A stretch of 64,000 bases of DNA, from the NCBI GenBank assembly GCA_037447605.1, contig CM074818.1, positions 1,872,617 through 1,936,616 of the forward strand, written 5' to 3'. Positions 41,928 to 51,630 of this stretch are shown in pieces (the first letter of the stretch is position 1; the number at the start of each line of letters is the position of its first letter). The notes below the pieces were generated by a model, which saw nothing but the letters and a program-made list of their open reading frames with translations, searched no databases and was not told where the DNA came from. This stretch comes from Zygnema circumcarinatum SAG 698-1b. Taxonomy: Eukaryota; Plantae; Zygnematophyceae. A program made the translations under genes and the position numbers.

Positions 41928-44900
41928 TCAAAAGGCTAGCACCCAGCCAAGCTGCTTCCTTGGCGCGCCAGCCTTGTTGCCATGTACTCGGCTTGATGCC
42001 CAGGCGCCCTTTGAGATCACGGAGCTTGGGCTCCAAGTCACCACTCCCCCACTATTCATGAATGCATAGCCGAGGTAGATCTCGCGTATCGTCGCCTCCC
42101 AATCTGCATCCGTATAACCATACACCTCACTTCCATTCCCGGCTTCAAACTTGATCCCATAGTCAAGAGTCCCCCTTAGGAACTTGAAGATCCTCTTGAC
42201 GGCCTCCCAATGCCTCTCCCCTGGAAATTCCATGTACCTGCTCGCTGTGCTAACTGCCTTAGCCAAGTCTGGCCTTGTGCCTATCATCAAGTACATTAAG
42301 CTTCCGATTGCTGACCTGTATGGAACCGCCTCCATCGTCTTCACTTCTTCACGTGACTGGGGTGACATTGCTGCTGAAAGCCTCTGTGAAGGGTCCATGG
42401 GACTTGTGCAAGGAGTGCACTTGTCCATTCTGAATTTAGCCAAGACATCCTTTGCATACTTCTCTTGACTAAGGAACAAACTGCCATCTTGCCCCCTCTT
42501 GAGCTGAATTCCTAATAAGTATTGGGCCTCCCCTAGATCTGACATTTGAAAGTTCTTCTTCATCAAGTCCTTCAGACTTTGAATGCTTTCCATGGAAGAA
42601 CTAATAATGATCAAATCATCAACATAAATGCCCACATACAAAAGCTCTCTCCCGGTACCTTTGCTGTAGACTGAGTGGTCCGTTTGGAAGCGCTTGTATC
42701 CACTCCTCCGCAAAAGATCATCGATCTTTTGGTACCAGATTCGGGGTGCCTGCTTGAGCCCGTAAAGGCTCTTCACCAGCCTGCATACAAGGTGCTCCTT
42801 GCCTGCTACTACCGTGCCCTCCGGTTGCTCCATATAGATCTCTTCACTAAGATCCCCATAGAGAAATGCAGTCTTAATATCAAGCTGATGGACATGCATC
42901 TTCTCAGCTGCTGCAATTGAAATGAGTGAGCGAAGAGAGTTGAATTTTACCACTGGTGCAAAGGTCTCCGAGTAATCTATCCCCTCCTTTTGGCTATACC
43001 CCTTTGCCACCAGCCTAGCCTTGAAGCGATCCACGCTCCCATCCGCCTTGTGCTTCACCTTGAACACCCATTTGCAGCCTATAGCTTTCCTACCTTTAGG
43101 AAGCTCCTCTAATCTCCACGTTCCATTTTCCTCCAGGCTGCTTAGCTCACTATCAATGGCCACCCTCCACTTTTCAGAATCCTCACCTTGCAAAGCTTCT
43201 CCATAGCTTTGAGGTTCTGAAATGTGCGCCATCATGCAGGTTGCTATTCCTGCAAAATCAGCCGAGTCACTAGGTGTCCTAACCTTCTTCTTTCTCGTCA
43301 TCTTCCAAGAGGGTTGTTGGTGGAAGTCGGCCAACCAGCCAGGTTGCTTGGTAGGTCGAGCACTCCTCCTCAACGGCCCTGTATAAGAAGGTTTCTCAGT
43401 CTCTCTTGACTCGTCTGCTGGCTGCACCTGCAAGTCTTCCTCCTCGGGTGCATCCCATTCGACTGGGCCTTCCTCGGGTAGAGGCCCTAGTGGGCTAGCG
43501 ACCTGCTCCATTTGTGGGCTACTCTGAACATCCGGTTCTACCACCTCCTCAGCCCTTCCTGAATCATCTGAGAACCATGGAAACACTAAACTGCTCGTGT
43601 TCACGTCCTTCTCCACGTCTAACTTTTCGGTATGCTTGTGGAATTCCTGCATTGTCAAGTCACGACTTCTCTCTACCTGCTTGGTGACCGGATTCCAAAT
43701 ACGGTAAGTCGGACTATCTTCATTATAGCCAAGAAAATAGCCTTCCACTGCACAAGGACTGAACTTCTGATTCTGTTTCTGCTTTGGGACGGCAATGAAA
43801 CACTTTGAGCCCCACACTCTAAGATGCTGCACGTTCGGCTTAGTGCCCGTCCACACTTCCTCTGGAACTCTATCCTTCAAAGCAGATGTGGGGCACCTAT
43901 TTCGAATATAGGCTGCCGTCATGATCGCCTCTGACCAAAAAGTTAACGGGAATGGCGACTCACTCAACATCGTTCTCGCCATGTCTCCCAGCGTCCTGTT
44001 CATCCTCTCGGCAGCTCCGTTGCTCTGAGGAGAATAGGGTGCAGTGAACTCGTGCTTCACTCCCAGGGACTTCAGGTAGTCTCTGAACTGATGAGAGGTG
44101 TACTCCCCACCATTGTCAGACCTAAGAGTCTTCAACTTCAATCCTGTCTCTCTCTCAGCCCGAAGCTGCCACTCTTTGAAAGCATCAAAGGCTTCTGATT
44201 TCTTAGTGAGTAATTTCACCCATACTTTCCTTGAGCAGTCATCAAGAAAAGTGATGAAATATCTTGCCCCACCTTTACTCGTAGGGGACACGGGGCCACA
44301 CAAGTCCGTGTGCACCAGCTCCAGTCTCTCACGAGAAATTTGTGCCTCCGCTCCTTGTCCAAACGGTCGCCTATGAGCTTTTCCTGCGACACAATTCTCG
44401 CAAACTCCGTGTCCTTCTCCCTTAACGTCCTCCAAGTCTAGTCCTCTGACTAACTGCTCATCTGCAAGGCGCTTCAGCCCTCTATATCCAAGGTGTCCTA
44501 GTCTGCGGTGCCAAAGCTGAACTTTGGGATCCTCTGCAACTGCATTGACCACCTCAACCGGCTTCCCTCCCCAATTTAGAAAGTAAAGGCCATTCTTTTG
44601 CATGCCTCTACAAAGGGTCTTCCCGGTATTCTCGTCAACTACTGCGCATGCCACTTTGTCAAACCACACCTTGCAGCCTTCCTCGCAGATCTGACTCACA
44701 GAAAGGAAATTATTCTGCAGTCCTGGAGTGTGCAGCACATTCCCTACGGTCAATACTGCCCCTACACCCCCATTGAGTACCTCCAACTCGACCGATCCTC
44801 CTTGAGTCACCTGAACTCCATCTCCAGTGGCAGAGTAGACAGACCGCGCATGCTGCAACGCCTTCTTCTCCACAAAGAGTGACTCATCCACGCACATATG

Positions 44901-45956
44901 CTTGGATGCTCCTGAATCAATCAGCCAAGGTCTCAAGCCTGAATCCTTCACGTGGATTCCATTGACAAATTCTGAATACTCGCCTTCAGCAATCATCAGA
45001 TTCTTGTCAGAATTGCCGTCAGGACAGTTTGCCTTGAAGTGGCCAAACTTCCCACATTTGTAACAAGCTCCTTTGACCTTCTCCTTTGCAGCCGGCCTAG
45101 AAGGCCCCGCTCCACTGGCATCGTCCTTCTTCGGCTCCGTGCAATTGGTCCTCAGGTGTCCCAGCTTCCCACAATTGTAACAACTCAAGTTCTTCTTTGG
45201 GCCCGGGCCACCCTTGCCCGCCTTGGGTCTCCCATCTCCTTTGGGCTTATGCTGACTCCATCTGAGCGCCAGCACCTTGTCAGCTTCTCCCTTAGCCTCC
45301 TTCTCCTTCTGAGTCTCATCATCATCTTTCACCCTTCCCTTCAACTCGCTCACGGTTAGTTTTGTAACGGTGAGTAATGATTTAAGGGAAACGACTGTTA
45401 GCTCAAATCTCTTCGGTAGACCCAACAGAAAGACACTGATCTGATGATCTTCGTCCAATGGCTTCCTAGCAATAGCAAACCTGTGCATCAAGCTATCGAA
45501 CTTCTCCATATAATCAGTCAGTTCTTCATCTTCGGCCATTTTCAGCTTGCCTAGTTCTGAATATAAGTGGACAGCAGTTGTCTCAGACGGCCTATCATAC
45601 ACCTGCTGCAAACTTGTCCATATTTCAGCACTAGTTTCTAGTTCTTGCAACGGAACTGACCGTGCATCACTCACGGTTATGGCAAAGAGGGCCTGAGCTT
45701 TCCTGTCCTTTCGGAGCCACTCCTTGGCTTCTGCACCGGAGGTTGGTCTCTCCTCCGAGCCATCAACGACTCCAAAAAGGTCCTTGCTCAGCAGCACTTT
45801 CTTCATTCGCCACTTCCACGTCTTGTAGTTAGTGCCGGTAAACAACGGCACTCCAATCTTCTGACTGTCTTCACCTTCTGCCCGGTCCAGCGCTCTGATA
45901 CCACTTGTTGAAACGGTGCCCCCTGACCTGCTGGAGGATGCCTCTGATGAGGACAT
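41928..45956 (-). CDS. Copia gag-pol polyprotein; RNase H frameshifted and prematurely terminated
   Basis: LFTGTNYKTWKWRM (gag); two CX2CX4HX4C knuckles; WLIDSGASKHM (protease); WHRRLGH / CENC; HTDLCGP-DNGGEY-NGAAERMNRTL (integrase DDE); KARLVAKGYSQ, YVDDLII (RT); GYTDADW then loss of frame. Confidence 0.93.
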   Translation of the reverse strand: MSSSEASSSRSGGTVSTSGIRALDRAEGEDSQKIGVPLFTGTNYKTWKWRMKKVLLSKDLFGVVDGSEERPTSGAEAKEWLRKDRKAQALFAITVSDARSVPLQELETSAEIWTSLQQVYDRPSETTAVHLYSELGKLKMAEDEELTDYMEKFDSLMHRFAIARKPLDEDHQISVFLLGLPKRFELTVVSLKSLLTVTKLTVSELKGRVKDDDETQKEKEAKGEADKVLALRWSQHKPKGDGRPKAGKGGPGPKKNLSCYNCGKLGHLRTNCTEPKKDDASGAGPSRPAAKEKVKGACYKCGKFGHFKANCPDGNSDKNLMIAEGEYSEFVNGIHVKDSGLRPWLIDSGASKHMCVDESLFVEKKALQHARSVYSATGDGVQVTQGGSVELEVLNGGVGAVLTVGNVLHTPGLQNNFLSVSQICEEGCKVWFDKVACAVVDENTGKTLCRGMQKNGLYFLNWGGKPVEVVNAVAEDPKVQLWHRRLGHLGYRGLKRLADEQLVRGLDLEDVKGEGHGVCENCVAGKAHRRPFGQGAEAQISRERLELVHTDLCGPVSPTSKGGARYFITFLDDCSRKVWVKLLTKKSEAFDAFKEWQLRAERETGLKLKTLRSDNGGEYTSHQFRDYLKSLGVKHEFTAPYSPQSNGAAERMNRTLGDMARTMLSESPFPLTFWSEAIMTAAYIRNRCPTSALKDRVPEEVWTGTKPNVQHLRVWGSKCFIAVPKQKQNQKFSPCAVEGYFLGYNEDSPTYRIWNPVTKQVERSRDLTMQEFHKHTEKLDVEKDVNTSSLVFPWFSDDSGRAEEVVEPDVQSSPQMEQVASPLGPLPEEGPVEWDAPEEEDLQVQPADESRETEKPSYTGPLRRSARPTKQPGWLADFHQQPSWKMTRKKKVRTPSDSADFAGIATCMMAHISEPQSYGEALQGEDSEKWRVAIDSELSSLEENGTWRLEELPKGRKAIGCKWVFKVKHKADGSVDRFKARLVAKGYSQKEGIDYSETFAPVVKFNSLRSLISIAAAEKMHVHQLDIKTAFLYGDLSEEIYMEQPEGTVVAGKEHLVCRLVKSLYGLKQAPRIWYQKIDDLLRRSGYKRFQTDHSVYSKGTGRELLYVGIYVDDLIIISSSMESIQSLKDLMKKNFQMSDLGEAQYLLGIQLKRGQDGSLFLSQEKYAKDVLAKFRMDKCTPCTSPMDPSQRLSAAMSPQSREEVKTMEAVPYRSAIGSLMYLMIGTRPDLAKAVSTASRYMEFPGERHWEAVKRIFKFLRGTLDYGIKFEAGNGSEVYGYTDADWEATIREIYLGYAFMNSGGVVTWSPSSVISKGAWASSRVHGNKAGAPRKQLGWVLAF
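45892..45903 (-). promoter_or_regulatory. Primer-binding site for initiator tRNA-Met
   Basis: TGGTATCAGAGC on the minus strand, 2 nt after the 5' LTR; canonical plant copia PBS. Confidence 0.95.
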
Positions 45957-46717
45957 CTCTCCACGCCTAGGACTAGGAGACGCCACCTTTGCGGAAGCAC
46001 AAGATCTCACTCACAAAGCTTAAAACAGCCCCAAGCAAAGAATGAAAGACAGAACAGAAAGAAATGAATTAAGAGAAAGCACAACGGCCTAAAACTCTTA
46101 AATTCAGATTGAAGTACAAGCGTGCAGCAAGAGCCCCTCCCCTGCACCTCTACTCCACTACAAGACTACCACCCTCAAGCTGTGAGGCTCCACCACATTC
46201 CGGCAAGCTACACCTACTGCTTCTCGCAGTCTACACTCAGGGTTAAGTCTCAAAGTTCTCCCTCTTAACTTATACTTCGCCCAAAGCAACAACCATGGGC
46301 GACTACTAACCCCGCACTAGCACACACTAAGAGCGCACTAGCACACACTCAGCGCTGATTTCGCCACGCGTCTGCGCCTGCACGTCTGTCACGTCACGCG
46401 CCTTCTTTTCGCGCCTGTCACGTCACACGCCTTTAGTTGCGCGCCGCGCCACGTCACGCGCCCTTAGTTGCGCGCCGCGCCACGTCACATCACTCCGCGC
46501 CATTTCGAACTCCGTCGCCACAGCCGGCCGTTCACATTCGGTACGGACTCTTGTTCCGACGGCCTCTCGTTACTCGCGCCTCCGGTGTCTTTATGCACAC
46601 CTCTGAACTCCTAGCTTGACACTAGTTCGACCCTAGCTCTACCGCCTAGCCCTTCTAGACTCCCAAACAAACACATGCACTCACTAACTATGTACCACTA
46701 ACTAATGTACACTAACA
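45906..46717 (-). repeat. 5' LTR of the copia element
   Basis: Same 812-bp sequence as 40833-41644, adjacent to the PBS. Confidence 0.97.
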
Positions 46718-49275
46718 GTTCCATGCCGTCGCGGATTACTGTTATGGGATCCCCGTTAGTTTCACAGCGATCTCAGCTGCTCGCACGCTATTGGCTGCTC
46801 TGCAGTTAGAGATGACGGACGAGTATTCTCCCCCCCAGAATTTGGTGGGTCTCTGTAGTGCAGCTATGCAGGAGGAAGTGTACGGCAACTGGCAGGCTTG
46901 CCTATTGGTTCTTCAAGATTCTGTTGTAAGGGAATACAGACATTCCCTCGGAAAGGATATGGTTCGTGAATGCAATAAGACAGTTTCAGGTGAGTTCTTT
47001 GATTATTTTTTAGTGCAGAAAGAAATTATTAGGGGGAGGGTGGAGGGGGGAGGAGGAAAAACTGCAAAATGTTCGTGCTGATATTGTGAGACAATTTACT
47101 AGACATTGGAATGTAAGTCTTAACTAAAGCTTTGTACTACGAGCATGCAATTCTTGTTCTAATCGTCTCTTATCATGCTTCCTTCTCTAAGCACTAACTG
47201 ACATTTAACGATCATTCGTCAGCCTAATGATTGTTAATCTCTTTCCTTTTTTGATTTTGCCATTTTTTCTTGCCCAAACGTCTGCGAGAATTGCATTTTA
47301 ATTGCAAACTATGCGGTCTCCATCGACAAGTTCGACGATATAAGGGAACGAGATTCGAGGACATGGACCTTCTTAAACGACATTGTGCGCCTACCGTTTG
47401 AGAATTTAGAGGGGCTTTTGACTACGTTTGAAGAACGGAAAGTCATGTTCATTGGAGCGGGAAACTTCCTCTCTTCTACGGGAAATGAATGGATGCATGT
47501 ACCGGCGGTAGATGATCCTGATTGCACTGTTTCTCTTATGAAAGTGAAAAACAGGCTTGTAATTCTCAAGCATCTTATAAAGATGCGTGATTTGAGGCAA
47601 AGTGAGGAGGAGATTAGGTTGGAGAAGGAGAAGAGTGAGAAGGTTCTTAGGTTGGAGGAGAGAGAGAGAGAGGAGGAACGTAGGTTGGAGAATGAGCAGA
47701 GAAAGGAGGAGCTGCTGAGGTTGGAGAAGGAGCAAAGAGAGAAGTTGATGAAGGATGTACGGAATGATGTGATCGTTGCTGTGAGGGCAGTTTGTGTTGC
47801 GCTCACAACGGAGCAAAAGGACGAAATAATTTCGAATCAAAGGGCGCTGCGGGAGGTGTTAGAGTTTATGAAGTCGATGGATTCTCAAATCGACTCAACG
47901 AGGAAGGAGGTGAAACAGGAGGGCTCCACAATAACAGCATCGATAAAAGAAGATTTGAAAGTTATAATGAAGGCGGTGAAACAAGAGGAAACGCATCGGT
48001 CAAAGAGAATGTGCAGAGAAAACGGAGGTCCTTTTGACACATGCTAAGTCAGAAAAGAAGAAAGAAAGAAAGAAGAAGAAGAAGAAGAAGAAGTAGCAAA
48101 ACTAAACGAAATTTGCTTAGTGAACTGTTTGTTGTAAGCATAAATTTTCGTTTTCAGGATGATGGTTGGGCACTTTCATGCATGTCAATGTCACAACAAA
48201 AAGAAATTTTGTTCCTTTTCAGTTTTCTCACCACTCTGAGCTCAAATTCTATCCGCCAGTCTGCATTGCCTTGAGCTACAGTGGAGGTTGGGATTTAGCA
48301 GAGACTGCCCAATCATTGGTGTCCACGTGGCGCGTGCAGTTGAGGCCACGTAAGACATTTGAGCCATAGCGTTTGTTAGAGAATGGACACGTGGCATTTT
48401 AAAATGTCATTGTTGCCATGTCAGCATGTGACAGTTCACAGAAGGCTGCCACGTCATGGCCTGCCTCCTTCTCAAAATATTTAAATGAGCTCCATGACCT
48501 CAATGCCTCAAATGAAAGAAGGGCCCCGCTTTATCTCCCCACTTTCTGCCTTCTTAGTATAATTTTTTTTTTTTCTCATTATCTTCTCCTGCATGAACTT
48601 TTATGTTTATTTTACATGATCAGCCCTACGTATAGTTACAAAGTTAAAGGATGTCTATGGGGGGCCGTACCCGCCAGATTTTAGAAAAGCTGTAATAATA
48701 GCCTTTGAACGTTGAACGACATGAGTCTCAGATTTTTTTTTTTTTGTTTTCCCAACTAAAAATTGGTCAGTCGGTCCCCTCCAAACTAACATACTGGATC
48801 CGCCACTGCCTGCAAGAGAAGGAGAAAGAAGATATGATTGCAGGAACGAATGCTTCCGTGAATCAAAGATCGAGTTCTGAGCGAAGTGTCGAAAACCCTG
48901 CATGCGATTGCAAGCACCGACGGGAGGCCATCATTTTTTCTCACAAAAATTTTGTTGTGGGGTCGTCACGTCACGTCACGTCACGACACGACCTGCCAAC
49001 GGTTGGACTCTGGCCAACGGTTGGCGACAAGGGTTGGGCACACGTGGCCCCCAAAATCCGCACCGCGCGGCGCCTATACACGTGTCCCTCCTCGCACCCG
49101 CCACGTCACTGCACGCCCATTGCCAATGGTTCTGAACCCTTGGATCCAATAGCTACCAACCATTGGCAATGGTTGTCAGCCATTGGATCATCCAGCCATT
49201 GCTATCCAATGGTTGTCCCAATGGTTGCCGATCCATTCATTGGTCCGACCTGTCCAGAACAGAAATTTTCGCACA

Positions 49276-49360
49276 TCACGTCACGCCACGCCACGTCACG
49301 TCACGTCACGTCACGTCACGTCACGTCACGTCACGTCACGTCACGCCACGTCACGTCACA
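49276..49360. repeat. (TCACG/CCACG)n pentamer array, ~16-17 units
   Basis: Direct reading. A shorter run occurs at ~48964-48985. Confidence 0.95.
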
Positions 49361-49471
49361 TTAACGGCAACGGTCACATTCGCTGTTCACACGCGGCGAC
49401 AATTCTCGACCGCGTTCACACTCCGTTTCCGCGGGTCCGCCCGCCCCTCCCGCAGCCGGAGGCCCCCCCAC

Positions 49472-50892
49472 TAGGGTTGGGGGCACGGTCCCCCTCCGAC
49501 CCGTGCCCAGGGGCACGTGCCCCCCCCCCCTTGGGGGGGGGGGGCATGCCCCTTTTTCGTGCCCCGTGACGTGACTGCATTGAGCAATTCAAATCGGCCC
49601 CAAAAAGAAGGAAAATTCTATTCTCACACCTTTTTTGTCTACACACAGGCCTCTTTTCGCCGGGCAGATTTTAAAATAGCACAAAAAAAGAACACACCTT
49701 TCACACCTTCTCACCTTTTTTTTTTCACCTTTTTTTTCCCACCTTTTTGAAATCGATACACACCTTTCTCCATCGGGCAGATTTTACCCTTTCTTGTTTT
49801 TTTCAAAGAAAAAAATATCGGCCTGCCCGAATCCACTCGGAGCAGAAGATCCGTCCGCCACGAGATCGTTCGCGGGTGGCCGTCCTTCACACGTGCAGAA
49901 ACTATACACCGTCGATTCTAGAGCAGATCACACCACGGCAGATCACCTTTCGATCGGCAGCCGGGCTCGGTTCCAGCGAATGGCACACGCCCACGTGTCC
50001 CACCCGAGCAGGCTCGAGGACCGTACACAATTCGTACGGTCGCAGCTTCGAGGAAAAGTCTAAATTCCTTACATTGCGAGCTTGAATCAATCACCATCTG
50101 CCGCGTGCTCTTTTTAGACGTGGCAAACTGTGATTGGTACAGGCACTCAACTTTAATTATTACGTTTTTTGACTTTCCTCGAAGCTGCGGGCGTACGCCT
50201 TTTGTACGGTCCTTGGAGCCGGCTTGGGTGGGACACGTGGGACAGAGCCCGGCTGCTGATCGAACGGTGATCTGCCATGGTGCGATCTGCGTGAATATCG
50301 ACGGCGGAAAATTATTGCACGTGTGAAGGACGGCCACCCGCGAACGATCTCGTGGCGGACGGATCTTCCGCTGCGAACGGATTCGGGCAGGCAGATATTT
50401 TTTTCTCTGAAAATAAATGATAAGGAGTAAAATCTGCCCGACAGAAAAAGGTCTCACGGCGCTCGGCCGCTCAGGACTGGTAGCGTGTATCGATTCCAAA
50501 AAGATGTGAAAAAAAAGGTGAAAAAAAAAAGGTGTGAAAGGTGTGTTCCTTTTTTGTCTATTTTAAAACCTGCCCAGCGAAAAGAGGTCTGTGCGTAGAC
50601 AAAAAAGGTGTGAGAATAGAATTTTCCAAAAAGAATATAATATTTTTAAAACGGTACGGATGAAGGTACGGAAAGTATAGATGAATGTACTAAACGTACG
50701 GATCAAGGTACAAATGTACGAAAAAATATGAAAAGTACGGACAGTACTCAACACAACTCTCAAAACTGAGGATCCAGCACAGCACAGTTTTTTAGCTTTT
50801 AGTTCTCACCTATCAACTCTCCTTATGCCTCTTCTCACTTGTATTACCCCTCTTACCTCTTGTCTGCCTCCCACTCCTCACCCTAAGAGAGA

Positions 50893-50937
<45 letters not shown>

Positions 50938-51371
50938 AATTGAAAATGGAAATCGGAAATGTGGAATGTGGAAATCGGTCTTCTATTTTCAACACCCTCC
51001 CAAGAGTCTCCCAAGTCTCTGGTGTGTTAAGCAGGTCGTGAAGACAACAAAATCGAACAGATTTTTGCGTGTTACTATTACTGTACACATAGTTACTGAG
51101 TGAGATCAATGCCAAATCATTTTACTGAGTGCTTTTTCTCTCTTTTCTTTTTTGTTAGTAAGAGATAGTTGCGATGCGGAACTGAACGCTGTCTTCAATC
51201 GTCACCGGCCAGGGCCCGGTCGTACGAGGTAAGCGTCACGTGACAGGGGGCACGGGGGGGCACGAAATATATGGGGAAAATTTTTGGAGGCGCGCCCCGG
51301 GCACGGACGGTCAAAAATGGGGGGCATGCCCCCCCCCCGGGCATGCCCGTGCCCCCGTGCCCCCAACCCTA
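49472..51371. mobile_element. hAT-type MITE, long copy, with nested foldback insertion
   Basis: Same ends and subterminal sequence as 39443-39882; exact 8-bp TSD CCCCCCAC at 49464-49471 and 51372-51379; extra internal 439 bp (50758-51196). Confidence 0.9.
49610..50627. mobile_element. Foldback/Mutator-like non-autonomous element (1018 bp) with ~450-bp inverted arms
   Basis: GGAAAATTCTATTCTCACACC...GGTGTGAGAATAGAATTTTCC; the arms stay complementary to ~50060/50171. TSD AAAAAGAA (49602-49609, 50628-50635); the empty site is present once in the short hAT copy. Confidence 0.92.
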
Positions 51372-51630
51372 CCCCCCACCCCCCCCCTCCCCCCGCACGA
51401 AATCCTGCACTCCCTTCCCCCGCTTGCTCTCCCTCTCCCTTTCCTTCTTCCTCCCCCTCCCGCCTCCCCTCTCCTTCCACCTCTTCCACTCCCACCTCTC
51501 TTCCCCTCTCCCTTCCCCTCCCCCCACCTCTCCCTCTCTCCCCCCTCCCCTCCCCCACTCCCTCTCTTCCCCCTCCCCTCCCCCACTCCCTCCCTCCCCT
51601 CCCTCTCCCTCTCCCCCCCCCTCTCCCTCC

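Larger units (their letters stand above)
40833..46717 (-). mobile_element. Full-length Ty1/copia LTR retrotransposon (5885 bp), recent insertion
   Basis: TG...CA LTRs of 812 bp at both ends, identical by eye; 5-bp TSD GTTCC (40828-40832, 46718-46722); PBS, PPT and gag-PR-IN-RT order. Confidence 0.98.
40601..48047 (+). pseudogene. NPH3/NRL-like BTB-domain gene interrupted by the copia element; C-terminal coiled coil
   Basis: Removing the element and one TSD restores DVRVLVDGQTFLLHRMVLASR...LDHLPGGAEAF|HAVADYCYGIPVSFT...LQLEMTDEY...NL...W..CL.VLQD, a typical NRL BTB. A downstream exon has WTFLNDIVRLPFENL followed by an E/R/K-rich coiled coil. Confidence 0.8.

Noticed and set aside
48794-48808. 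CTGGATCCGCCACTG, resembling a MITE terminal repeat
   Set aside because: No matching opposite end or TSD was found, so no element boundary can be supported.
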